From assembly GCA_965232515.1 (NCBI GenBank), contig CBDDPY010000002.1, positions 3,232,001 through 3,296,000 of the forward strand: a DNA stretch of 64,000 bases, in the 5' to 3' direction. A program made the position numbers and the translations under genes. Position 1 is the first letter of the stretch; the number at the start of each line of letters is the position of its first letter. Source of the stretch: Alphaproteobacteria bacterium (GTDB lineage Bacteria > Pseudomonadota > Alphaproteobacteria > GCA-2731375). The notes beneath the pieces are model-generated. The model had not been told where the DNA came from. It saw only the letters and a program-made list of their open reading frames with translations, and did not search any database. Of this stretch, positions 1 through 10,900 are shown in pieces.

Positions 1-407
1 GGGCTGTCCATCGACATGCGCGTATTGTCGTAGCCGTCGCGGACCGGGATCTGGCGGACCGTGCCGTCCATGTAGAACTGCCAGGCGTGATAGGAGCAGC
101 GGAACGCCTTGCCGGCATTGCCGTGCTGCTCGGGGCAGAGCAACGCGCCGCGGTGCGGGCAGCGGTTGTAGAGCACGTGCACCCGGCCGTCGTCGCCGCG
201 CGACATGATCATGCGCTGCTTGCCGATCATGGTGGTCCAGAAGTCGCCCGGATTGGGCACCTGGCTTTCGTGGCCGACATAGATCCAGGATTTGTGGAAC
301 AGCCGTTCCATCTCTAGGTCGAAGACCGCCTCGTCGGTATAGCAGGCCCGGTGCACCCGGTCCGGCTCGACCAGCCGATCGACGTTGAAACCGCCATTCG
401 TATCCAT
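1..407 (-). CDS. Aromatic ring-hydroxylating dioxygenase alpha subunit (Rieske), N-terminal part; runs off the window edge
   Basis: Hand translation from the ATG at 407 (GGAGG upstream) gives MDTNGGFNVDRLVEPDRVHRACYTDEAVFDLEMERLF...NRCPHRG...FRCSYHAW, which has the Rieske CxH...CxxH motif. Absent from the ORF track. Confidence 0.9.
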   Translation of the reverse strand, partial: MDTNGGFNVDRLVEPDRVHRACYTDEAVFDLEMERLFHKSWIYVGHESQVPNPGDFWTTMIGKQRMIMSRGDDGRVHVLYNRCPHRGALLCPEQHGNAGKAFRCSYHAWQFYMDGTVRQIPVRDGYDNTRMSMDS

Positions 408-546
408 GTGGAGCGCCTCCCGTCGCGTCTGATTGCCGAGCACGATAGCGAATTCGCGCGGACTTCGCCAACACGCGCGGGGGTGCTAGGCTTCGCCACA
501 GCGGTCACGATACCGCGATAAAAAAGAACACGAGAGGAGGCGAGCA

Positions 547-1758
547 ATGGGACAGAAACATAGGCTGCGCCGGGGGATCGTCGCGGCGCTGCTGCCAGCC
601 TGCCTGATAGCAACGGCAGCAGTGGCCGAGGAAGTCAAGATCGGCGTCGTGCTGACCTATTCCGGCGGCGCCGCGTCGTTCGGCGAGCAGATCGACCGCG
701 GCATGAACCTCTATCTGAAGCAGCACCCCGAGGCCTTCGGCGGCCATACGGTCAAGCTGATCAAGCGGGACTCCAAACGGCCAGGCGGCGACATCGCCAA
801 GAACGCGGTGCAGGAGCTGATCACCCGCGAGAGGGTCGACATTCTGGCCGGCTTCGTGTTCTCGCCGAACGCCATGGCGAGCGCGCCGCTGGCGACGCAG
901 GGCAAGGTGCCAATGATCGTGATGAATGCCGGCACGGCCTGGATCCCCAGCCTGTCACCCTATATCGCCCGGGTCTCGTTCACCATGTGGCATTCGGGCT
1001 ATCCCATGGGCAAATATGCGCACGACAAGCTGGGCTGCGGCACGGCGGCGGTGGGCTATACCGACTATCCGCCGGGCAAGGACAGCCTGAACGCCTTCAA
1101 GACAGGCCTCGAGGAAGCCGGCGGCCAGCTGGTGGACGCGGTACCCATGGGCGGCCCGCGCGAGGTGCCGGACTTCACGCCGTTCTTCCAGCGCGTCAAG
1201 GACAAGGGGCCGAACTGCTTCTACGTCTTCGTGCCGGCCGGCAACCACGCGGCGGCCGTGGTCAAGACCTATGCCGCGCTCGGCATGCGTGACGCCGGTA
1301 TTCGGCTGATCGGCCCGGGCGACATCACCCAGGACACCAAGCTGCAGGGCATGGGCGACGCGGCGCTGGACCTGATCACCATGCATCACTACGCGGCCGA
1401 CTATGACAATCCGCAGAACCAGGCCTTCGTTAAGGCATGGAAGGCGGAGTACGGCGCCGACAGCACGACCGACTTCATGGCCGTGCAGGGCTGGGACGGC
1501 ATGGCCGCCATCGCGCACGCCATCAAGGCGCAGAACGGCGACATCAGCGCCGAGGGCACGATCAAGGCACTTGCGGGGTGGACCTTCGACAGCCCGCGCG
1601 GCCGGATCATGATCGACGCCGACACGCGCGACATCGTGCACGACGCCAACGTGCACAAAATCGTCAAGCAGGACGGCCGCCTGGCGATCCAGGTGATCGA
1701 CACGGTGCCGCAGGTCAAGGACCCCTGCAAGGCGCTGAAAATCGGCAAGTGCAAGTAG
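547..1758 (+). CDS. ABC transporter substrate-binding protein, LivK-like (probably aromatic-acid binding)
   Basis: Signal peptide, VKIGVVLTYSG start and SPRG motif; GAGGAGG RBS; heads a liv operon divergent from the dioxygenase. Confidence 0.88.
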   Translation: MGQKHRLRRGIVAALLPACLIATAAVAEEVKIGVVLTYSGGAASFGEQIDRGMNLYLKQHPEAFGGHTVKLIKRDSKRPGGDIAKNAVQELITRERVDILAGFVFSPNAMASAPLATQGKVPMIVMNAGTAWIPSLSPYIARVSFTMWHSGYPMGKYAHDKLGCGTAAVGYTDYPPGKDSLNAFKTGLEEAGGQLVDAVPMGGPREVPDFTPFFQRVKDKGPNCFYVFVPAGNHAAAVVKTYAALGMRDAGIRLIGPGDITQDTKLQGMGDAALDLITMHHYAADYDNPQNQAFVKAWKAEYGADSTTDFMAVQGWDGMAAIAHAIKAQNGDISAEGTIKALAGWTFDSPRGRIMIDADTRDIVHDANVHKIVKQDGRLAIQVIDTVPQVKDPCKALKIGKCK

Positions 1759-1854
1759 GCTGCGTGGAGGAAATGGTTGGTGAGGATGCCACCTGCGTTC
1801 GCGGCGACATCGACCAACAACTGCCTTTGTCTTTGCGCGACCTGAACATTTATT

Positions 1855-1884
1855 CCCCTCTCCCGCGAGCGGGAGAGGGGTTTT
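1855..1884 (+). terminator. REP-like hairpin or intra-operon terminator
   Basis: cccctctcccgc-ga-gcgggagagggg has perfect 12-bp arms followed by tttt; lies between the binding-protein and permease genes. Confidence 0.55.
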
Positions 1885-1897
1885 ATGTCGTCGCGCC

Positions 1898-2767
1898 GTG
1901 ACCGCTGTCGTCAGCATCCTGTTCGACGGGCTTGCCTACGGCATGCTGCTGTTCGTCATTTCCGTGGGCCTGTCGCTGACCATGGGGTTGATGGGGTTCG
2001 TGAACCTGGCGCACGGCGCCTTCGCCATGGCCGGCGGCTACGCCACGGTCAGCCTGATGAACGGGCTCGGCGTGCCGTTTCTCGTGTCGCTCGGTCTCGC
2101 CTTCGTCATCGTGACGGCGATCAGCGTGCCGTTGGAGCGCCTGCTCTACCGGCGGCTCTATGCCGCCGATGAGCTCGATCAGGTGCTATTGAGCATTGGC
2201 CTCGTGTTCATGGCCGTCGCGACGGTGACGTTCATCTACGGACCGGCGCCGCCGTCGATCGCCATGCCGGCGTTCCTGACCGGCCAGGTCGATCTCGGGT
2301 TCAGGACGGTCCCGACCTACCGCTTCTTCACCATCATCGTTGGCCTGGTGATGATCCTCGGGCTCTGGCTGGGCTTCGAGCGGACGATCGTAGGCGCCAA
2401 GATCCGGGCGGCCGTCGACAACCGGCGCATGGCGCGGTCGGTCGGCATCGACGTCGACCGGCTGTTCCTGCTGACCTTCGCGCTGGGCAGCGGCCTTGCC
2501 GGCCTCGGCGGCGGGCTCGCCATCGAGATCGTCGGCATGTCGCCGACCTTCGCCATCCAGTATCTCGTGTTCTTCCTGATCGTCGTCGCGGTCGGCGGCC
2601 TCGGCAGCATTCGCGGCGCATTCGTCGCCGCCGTGCTGCTGGGCGTCATCGACACGGCCGGCAAGTATTACTGGCCCGAGGGCGGCGCGTTCTTCATCTA
2701 TGCCGCGACGGTGGCCCTGCTGCTGCTGAAGCCGGCCGGGCTGTTCGGCCGGGACCACGCGGCATGA
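1898..2767 (+). CDS. livH: Branched-chain-type ABC permease, LivH-like
   Basis: GLSLTMGLMGFVNLAHGAF and GGLGSIRGA motifs; hydrophobic. Confidence 0.88.
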   Translation: MTAVVSILFDGLAYGMLLFVISVGLSLTMGLMGFVNLAHGAFAMAGGYATVSLMNGLGVPFLVSLGLAFVIVTAISVPLERLLYRRLYAADELDQVLLSIGLVFMAVATVTFIYGPAPPSIAMPAFLTGQVDLGFRTVPTYRFFTIIVGLVMILGLWLGFERTIVGAKIRAAVDNRRMARSVGIDVDRLFLLTFALGSGLAGLGGGLAIEIVGMSPTFAIQYLVFFLIVVAVGGLGSIRGAFVAAVLLGVIDTAGKYYWPEGGAFFIYAATVALLLLKPAGLFGRDHAA

Positions 2768-3765
2768 CGACGGTCACGGTCTCGGCCGACGCGGCGCGCG
2801 CCTATTTGCGGGACCGCGAACGCTGGCGGCCGGTCGAGGCCCTGCCCTGGCTGACCGCGGTGGCGGCGTTCTTCTTGGCTCCCGACTACATGGTCCTGGG
2901 CACGCAGGTGCTCATCATGATCATCTTCGCGCTGTCGCTGGACCTGATCCTGGGCTATGCCGGCATCGTTACGCTGGGCCATGCCGCTTACTTCGGCGTC
3001 GGGGCCTACGCCACCGGCATGCTGTCGGCGCATGCCGGCTGGACCGAGCCGGTCAGCGGCCTGCTGCTCGGCGGGCTCGCCGCCGGCCTCGTCGGCCTCG
3101 TCTCGGGCCTGGTGCTGTTGCGCTATCACGGCCTGACGCTGTTGATGCTGACGCTGGCGACGGCGATCCTGCTGCAAGAATTCGCCAACGTGGCCGAGGA
3201 CTGGACCGGCGGTTTCGACGGCCTGCTGGGCATGAGCTACGCGCCATTGCTGGGCGTATTCGAGAACGATCTCTGGGGCCATACCTATTACTGGTACGCG
3301 CTCGTCGTACTGGCGCTCTGTTTCCTGTTCGCGCGCCGGCTGGTGCATTCCGCATTCGGCCGGGCGCTGGTGGCGATCCGGGAGAACCGGGCGCGCATGC
3401 ATGCCATCGGCGCGCCGGTACGCCGCCGGCTGGTCACGGTCTACACGATCTCGGCGGTGATGGCGGGTCTCGCCGGTGCGCTGTTCGCGCAGGCGACCGT
3501 GTTCGTGACCTTGGACGTGCTCAGTTTCGCGCGCTCGGGCACGGTGTTGATCGTGCTGATCCTGGGCGGCACGGGCCGGCTCTACGGCGCCTTCGTCGGC
3601 GCGCTCGTCTACGTGATCCTGGAGGACGAGCTGGCGAAGGTGAGCCCGGAATTCTGGGAATTCGGCATCGGCCTGGTCTTGGTGCTTGTGGTGCTGTTCT
3701 TCCGTGGCGGCCTGCTCGGCGCCGTCGACGCCATGACCAAGCGCCTGCGGGCTCGGCCTTCGTGA
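2764..3765 (+). CDS. livM: Branched-chain-type ABC permease, LivM-like
   Basis: GYAGIVTLGHAAYFG and TGGFDG motifs; ATGA overlap with the upstream gene. Confidence 0.88.
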   Translation: MTTVTVSADAARAYLRDRERWRPVEALPWLTAVAAFFLAPDYMVLGTQVLIMIIFALSLDLILGYAGIVTLGHAAYFGVGAYATGMLSAHAGWTEPVSGLLLGGLAAGLVGLVSGLVLLRYHGLTLLMLTLATAILLQEFANVAEDWTGGFDGLLGMSYAPLLGVFENDLWGHTYYWYALVVLALCFLFARRLVHSAFGRALVAIRENRARMHAIGAPVRRRLVTVYTISAVMAGLAGALFAQATVFVTLDVLSFARSGTVLIVLILGGTGRLYGAFVGALVYVILEDELAKVSPEFWEFGIGLVLVLVVLFFRGGLLGAVDAMTKRLRARPS

Positions 3766-4506
3766 CGGCGGCGCTCGAGGTTCGGGATCTCTGCCGCAGC
3801 TTCGGCGCGCTCAACGTCACGCGCGACGTCAACATGGCGCTGGACAAGGGCGCGCGGCATGCGCTGATCGGCCCAAACGGCGCCGGCAAGACGACGCTCG
3901 TCAATCTGATCGCCGGCGCGCTGCCGCCGGAGTCGGGCACGGTGTTCATCGGGGGCCGGGACATCACGCGCCTCGATCAGGCAGCGCGGGTAAAGACCGG
4001 TCTTTGCCGCACGTTCCAGATCAACCAGTTGTTCCGCGCGCTGACCGTGCTGGAGAACGTCGCCCTGTCAATTTCCGAGCGGCGCGGCCGCGGCGCCGGG
4101 CTGTTCCGGCCGTTCTCGCGCAACGCCGATGTCGTCGACGAAGCGATGGCGTTGCTTGAGCGATTAAGGTTGGCGGACGATGCTCTGACGCCGGTGGCGG
4201 AGCTCGCCTATGGTGGTCAGCGCCTGGTCGAGATCGCCATTACGCTGGGCCAGCAGCCGACGGTGCTGCTGCTGGACGAACCGGCGGCCGGCGTGCCGTC
4301 GACCGAGAGCCACCTGCTGCTGGATCTGCTGGAAACCCTGCCCGACGACATCGCCATCCTGATCATCGAGCACGACATGGACGTGGTGTTCCGCTTCGCC
4401 GAGCGCGTGACGGTGCTGGTCGACGGCGCCGTGCTGGTCGAGGACACGCCGGCCAACATCGCCGAGAACGCCGACGTGCGCGCGGTCTATCTGGGCGAGC
4501 GGCGCG

Positions 4507-4514
<8 letters not shown>
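3762..4514 (+). CDS. livG: ABC ATP-binding protein, LivG-like
   Basis: Walker A GPNGAGKT, RTFQ, LLLDEP, IEHDM, and the VRAVYLG tail. Confidence 0.9.
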
Positions 4515-5211
<697 letters not shown>

Positions 5212-5235
5212 CGCCGACGTCCGGACCGGATGGCA

Positions 5236-5277
5236 CACTCTTCGAGACAGCCGCTACGCGGCTTCCTCAGGGTGAGG
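5236..5277. repeat. REP-like palindromic repeat (TTCGAGAC...CTCAG type), left copy of an inverted pair
   Basis: Its reverse complement cctcaccctgagga-agccgcgtagcggct-gtctcgaag matches the IS5-split copy cctcacgctgagga-gccggcgaagccggc-gtctcgaag. Confidence 0.75.
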
Positions 5278-5310
5278 TCGGGCACTGATATCAATGCCCA
5301 GCCTCACGCT

Positions 5311-6487
5311 GGAGACCTTTGCACGGTAGGTGTTGTTTGTCGCTATGTTCGAGCTTGGCGCTGGGTTGTTAGCGGCGATCGCGCCTGTTTTCGAGCCGCT
5401 GACCGGCTTGAGGCCTGTTTGCTGTCGATGAGGTCGATATCGAGCGGCCTCAAGTTGCGCAGAGGACGGCGAGGCGTCGCAGGTTGTAGGCGAAACAGGC
5501 GAGCGTGACGGTGACTTCGTTGCGTGCTTGGCTGAAATGCGGCAGGCGGCTGAGGCGGTAGCTTCGTTTGAGGGTGCCGAAGATCTTCTCGACCGGTCGG
5601 CGCCGGGCCACCAGCCGGTGGTTCCGGGCGGTCTCTTCGGCGTTGAGCGGCCTGCCTTTACGGGCATGGCGCATGACCCCGTCGGCGATGCCGAGCGCCG
5701 CCAGATGATCGCGCAGGCGCCGGGCGTCATAACCACGGTCGGCATAGACGGCCTGCTCGTCGCCCTGAACCAAATCGGCGGCAAAGTCGATCTCCTGGCG
5801 ATTGGCCGGCGTCAGAAACAGGCCGCGGATCAGCGCCGAGCCCTGATCCACGGCCACATGCAGCTTGTAGCCAAAGCTATAGCGCCGGCGCTCGTTGTTG
5901 GTGCCAAAGCGCGCATCCGGATCGGTCCGGCTGGTCCGGCCTTCCTTGATCCGAGGCCGCCGCGCCGCGCTGCTCACCAGGCTGGCATCAATCAACGTGC
6001 CTTGTTTGAGCACGACCTGGTGCGCTTCGAGCTGACGCGACAACTCCCCCATCAGCGCCTCAAGACGCGCCGCCCCGCGTAGACGGTCCCGGAAACGGTG
6101 GATCGTCGAGTGATCGGGAACCGGATCGCTCAGGCTCAGACCGACAAACCGACGGAACGAGATCCGGTCCGCCAACGCCTCCTCCATCATCGGATCCGAC
6201 AGATTGTACCAGCGCTGCAACAGCAGCACCTTGAACATGATCAGCGCCGGATAAGACGGCTCGCCCCGACGCGACGGATAAAGCCCCTCCAGCAGCGCCT
6301 CAAACGGCCGCCAGTCCACAAGATCATTGATCTTCGACAGCCGATCGAACCGAGCGCCAAGCCGCGCCTCGACAACCGCGTCCTCAAACCCCAGCTGACC
6401 AACACGCTTGCGAGACATCTCAAACCCTCACCGACAGCCCCTATACCGTCAGTGAATCACGCTTCCCAAAACCGTGCAAAGGTCTCC
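5311..6487 (-). mobile_element. IS5-family insertion sequence, apparently intact (~1.18 kb)
   Basis: Perfect 17-bp terminal IRs ggagacctttgcacggt (5311) and accgtgcaaaggtctcc (6471-6487). Direct repeat acgct on both sides (cacgctg if the IR is taken as 16 bp). Confidence 0.93.
5450..6418 (-). CDS. IS5-family DDE transposase
   Basis: LLLQRWYNLSD, PDHSTIHRFR, IDASLV, DPDARF, GYKLH, YADRGY and RRPVEKIFG motifs. Confidence 0.95.
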   Translation of the reverse strand: MSRKRVGQLGFEDAVVEARLGARFDRLSKINDLVDWRPFEALLEGLYPSRRGEPSYPALIMFKVLLLQRWYNLSDPMMEEALADRISFRRFVGLSLSDPVPDHSTIHRFRDRLRGAARLEALMGELSRQLEAHQVVLKQGTLIDASLVSSAARRPRIKEGRTSRTDPDARFGTNNERRRYSFGYKLHVAVDQGSALIRGLFLTPANRQEIDFAADLVQGDEQAVYADRGYDARRLRDHLAALGIADGVMRHARKGRPLNAEETARNHRLVARRRPVEKIFGTLKRSYRLSRLPHFSQARNEVTVTLACFAYNLRRLAVLCAT

Positions 6488-6548
6488 ACGCTGAGGAGCC
6501 GGCGAAGCCGGCGTCTCGAAGCGCGCTATCGGGTCTCAGCCATCACCC

Positions 6549-7733
6549 TCACATCGGCGTTTTCGGCGGGTGGGCGCGGATGACATCTTCGTTGAGGTCG
6601 GCGCCCCAGCCCGGGCCGGGCGGCAGCAGGAGGTCGCCGTCGTCGATCTGGGGTGCGTAGGTCAGGATCTCGTCCTTCCAGGGCACGTCGTCGATGTCGA
6701 TCTCCATGATGCGGAAGTTCGGCACGGCGGCGCAGAGATGCGCGCCCATCAGCGTCGAGAGGTGGCCGTAGAAATTGTGCGGCGCGACGTTGACCTCGAA
6801 GGCTTCGGCCATGCCGGCGATCTTCAGCGACTGCCAGATGCCGTTCCAGGGCACGTCGATGATGGCCACGTCCATGGACCGGTGCTCGAAATAGGGCCGG
6901 TAGCCGCGCAGGCCGTACAGCGACTCGCACGACGCGACCGGCGTCTTTACGGCATCGCGGATCTGCCGGAGGGCAACGGGATCGTAGAGGTCGAGCTCGA
7001 ACCACGCGAGGCCGAGATCGTCGAGACCGCGCATGACCTGCAGGTAGCCTTCCGGCTTGAAATTGAAGTTGAGATCGAGATGGATGCCGACGTCGGGCCC
7101 GACGCCATCGCGGAAGGCTTCGAGCTGGGCGCGCATGCCCGCGACCAGACCGGCGTCCCAGTTCAGCTCGGGCCAGCCGGGGCCGGCGGTGAAACCCGGC
7201 AGGTGCAGGCCGGGATCCCGGTCGAACAGAAAGATGTTGGTCTTCAGCGCCTTGAAGCCGCGATCCCGCACCTCATGGCCGAGCGCGACGACGTCATCCA
7301 GATTCCGCAACGGCGGCCGGTTCATGGCCTCGGCGTTGGCTTCCGACATGCGGTAGGAGCCGCAATGCGACCAGTAGAGCGGGATACGGTCGCGGACGGC
7401 GCCGCCGAGCAGCTGATAGACCGGCACGCCAAGCGCCTTGCCCTTCAAGTCGAGCAACGCATTTTCGATCGCCGCCACGGCCTGCTGCGTCATGCCGCCC
7501 GGCGCCGCGCGGGTCAGCGCATAGAGCTGCTGGCTCAACTTCTCGTGATGCCTGGCGTCGGCGCCCTCCAAGCCTGTCGCCAGTCGCGCGATGACGCCCG
7601 ATAGGCCGGGGCTGCCATAGCACTCGTTGTATTCGGCGATGCCGATCAACCCGGCATCCGTCAGCAGCTTCAAAAACGAGAAAACCCGCCAGCCGGCGTC
7701 GCAATGCAGGATCTCATGCCCGGTGATCTTCAT
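6549..7733 (-). CDS. Mandelate racemase/muconate lactonizing enzyme family (enolase superfamily, galactonate dehydratase-like)
   Basis: ALLDLKGKALGVPVYQLLGG, DLN/E/E metal ligands, APHN, PGWG. Start moved to MKITGH at 7733. Confidence 0.88.
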   Translation of the reverse strand: MKITGHEILHCDAGWRVFSFLKLLTDAGLIGIAEYNECYGSPGLSGVIARLATGLEGADARHHEKLSQQLYALTRAAPGGMTQQAVAAIENALLDLKGKALGVPVYQLLGGAVRDRIPLYWSHCGSYRMSEANAEAMNRPPLRNLDDVVALGHEVRDRGFKALKTNIFLFDRDPGLHLPGFTAGPGWPELNWDAGLVAGMRAQLEAFRDGVGPDVGIHLDLNFNFKPEGYLQVMRGLDDLGLAWFELDLYDPVALRQIRDAVKTPVASCESLYGLRGYRPYFEHRSMDVAIIDVPWNGIWQSLKIAGMAEAFEVNVAPHNFYGHLSTLMGAHLCAAVPNFRIMEIDIDDVPWKDEILTYAPQIDDGDLLLPPGPGWGADLNEDVIRAHPPKTPM

Positions 7734-7912
7734 GCGCCTCGCCTTCCCTCCCGGTGCCTGCGTTTTTGTCGATGGCCGCAGGCCTATGCAAATTCTAACA
7801 GGCGTTATTCGTTCATGTTCAATTTCGCAATTCTGGAACGTTTCTAAATGCCGATTTATCGACGAGCACAACCCCAACGCCGCTCGGGCGTTGCAAAATC
7901 GGGAGAACTCCA

Positions 7913-10900
7913 ATGGCTTTGGGTTTATTCAATTTCCTCAATTTCGGCGCGCAGGCCTCGTTCAACGGACTGTTGGCGCGGCTGCGCGGCACCACCGTAA
8001 TTCCCAACAACGACGATCAGGCGCGGGTCAGCGACTTCGACGGCCAGCGCTTTGTCGTCGGGCGCGGCGACGCCTCGGAGGTCGACGGCGCGCCGGTGCT
8101 GACCATCGACGACGACCGCGTGTCGCTGCGCAATGCCGGCCGGCTGGCGACGGAAGGCGAAACCGCGACCGTGCAGGTCGACGGCGACCGCGCCAGCATC
8201 ACGAACCGGCGTGGCGGCGCCATCGAGGCGGAAGACACCGCCATCGAGATCAACGGCGACCGGGCCCATGTCTCGAACCAGCGCGGCGCCCTGATCGATG
8301 GCGGCCAGAACGGCATCGAGGTCAACGGCGAAGATGCGCATATCAACAATGCCGGCCTGATCGTCGGCGGCTTCAACGGCGTCAACTTCGCCTTCGAGGG
8401 CGAAACCGACAGCTTTCTGTTTAACCGCGGCACCATCCTGTCGGACAGCCGCGCGGTGAACATCGACGGCGACGGCGTGCGCGTCGTCAACCGCGGCGAC
8501 ATCCGCGGCACCGGCGACCAGCGCAACGGCACGATCTATGCCGACGCGTCCGCCGACAATTACGAGATCGAGAACGACGGCCGGGTCGACGCCGGCAACG
8601 GCAACCAGGGCGCCGGCATCTCGCTGCAGCTGGGCGAGAGCGTCGACGCCGAGGTGCATAACGACGGCGTCATCCAGGGCCGCGGCCAGGCGGCGGCCAG
8701 CAGCAACCTCGCCGGCGACGGCATTCGCCTGTTCTCGGGCGTCGAGGGCAGCTCGACCTTCACCGGTCAAATCCGCAATCGCGGCACCATCGATTCCGAG
8801 AGCGACCAGGGCACCACGGCCGGCGTGCGCGCCGCCGAGGGCGTGAACTTCCAGGGCCGGCTGGTCAACGAGCGGAACGGCGTGATCGCGGGCGACCAGA
8901 ACGGCGTCTATTTCGGCAACGGCGACCACGAGGACGGCCTGTTCGTCAACCGCGGCCGCGTCAGCTCGGACAGCCGGGCGGTCAACCTGGACGGCGACGG
9001 CCTGACCTTCGTCAACCATGGCCTGGTTCTGGGCACCGACAATCAGCGCAACGGCACCGTCTATCTGGACGGCACGGCCGACGACACCACGGTTCGCAAC
9101 CACGGAAAAATCGACGCCGGCGCGGGCAATCTGGGCGACGGCATTTCGGTGCAGGTCGGTTCGTCGAGCGAGGACGCCCTGAACGAAGACATCGTCATCC
9201 ACAACAGCGGCGAGATCCAGGGGCGCGGCCAGGCCGCGTTCGAGAACGGCGCCCGCGCGGCCTCGAACGGCTCCAGCGGCGTGCGCTTCTTCAACGGCTC
9301 GGGCGAGCCGGAAGCGACGGTGTCCGGCAGCGTCACCAATTCGGGCACGATCACGGCGGAAGTCGATGTCGGCTTCCTGGGCGGTCTGGTGGTCGAGGAC
9401 GGTGTCGGCTTCGACGGCACGATCACGAACGATCGTCGCGGCGTCATCTCCGGTCCACGCAACGGTCTCTATGTCGGCAACGCCGAGCACGATCTGACCG
9501 TCAACAACTCCGGACGGATCGAATCCGGCAGCCGCGCCGTCAACCTCGATGGCGATAACGTCACCTTCAACAACCACGGCGACGTGGTCGGCACCGATAA
9601 CCAGCGTAACGGCACGCTCTACGTCGACGGCACGGCCGACAACGTCACCATCACGAACAGCCGGCGCGGCGACATCGACGCGGGCGCGGGCAACCTGGGC
9701 GACGGCATCGCCGTGCAGGTCGGTTCGTCGAGCGAGGACGCACTGAACGAGAACATCGTCATCGACAACGAGGGCGAGATCCAGGGACGCGGCCAGGCCG
9801 CGTTCGAGAATGGCGCCCGGGCCGTCGCGAACGGTTCCAGCGGCGTGCGTTTCTTCAACGGATCCGGCGAGCCGCAGGCGACGGTGTCGGGCAGCGTCAC
9901 CAATTCCGGGACGATCACGACGGAAGTCAATGTCGGCTTCCTGGGCGGCCTGGTGGTCGAGGATGGCGTCGGCTTCAACGGCACGATCACCAACGAAGCG
10001 CGCGGCGTCATTTCAGGTCCGCGCAACGGCCTCTATATCGGCAATGCCGAGCACGACCTGACCGTCGACAACTTCGGCCGCGTCGAGTCCGGCAGCCGCG
10101 CCGTGAACCTGGATGGCGATAACGTCACCTTCAACAACCATGGTGAGGTGGTCGGCACCGGCGACCAACGCAACGGCACGCTCTATCTCGACGGCACGGC
10201 CGACAACGTCACGGTGACGAACAGCCGCAATGGCGAAATCGACGCCGGTCGGGGCAATGACGGCAGCGGCGTGTCGGTCCAGGTCGGCTCGTCGAGCGAA
10301 GATGCGCTGAATGAGAACATCACGCTCGACAACGACGGCCTGATCCAGGGCCGCGGCGACGGCAACGTGCCGGCCGGCGTGCGCTTCTTCAACGGCTCCG
10401 GCGAGGATGTCGCGACCGTGACCGGCAGCATCGACAATGGCGAGCACGGCACCATCGTGTCCGAAACGGCGGCCGGCATTCTGATCGAGGACGGCGTCGC
10501 CTTCAACGGAACGATCACCAACGAGGGCGTGATCCGTGGCGGCAACGGCATCGGCATCGATGCCGGCGGGTCGGAAGGCGACATCACGCTGAACCAGAAC
10601 GACGGCGAGATCGACGGCGATGTCCAGCTCGGCAACGGCGCCGACACCGTCAACGTGAACGGCGGCGTCATCGATGGCGATCTCGATACCGGCGACGGCG
10701 CGGATGTCGTGAACCTGGGCGACGACGGTTCGGTGACGGGCTCGGTCTCGGGCGGCGCCGGCAACGACCTCCTGAACGCGGGCGACGATGCCGACACCTT
10801 CCTGTTCGAGATCGGCACCGGCCAGGACCGCGTGGCGCAGTTCAGCACATCAGAGGACCGGCTCGACGTGAGCGACTTCGGCTTCGCCGACTTCGCCGCG

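Noticed and set aside
7925-9577. Long antisense or alternate-frame ORFs (also 14506..16407, 17995..19716, 22525..24291, 32933..34519, 41429..43039, 44255..45919, 61004..63007)
   Set aside because: These are shadows of real genes caused by high GC and codon bias; they carry no motifs and lie over well-supported CDSs.
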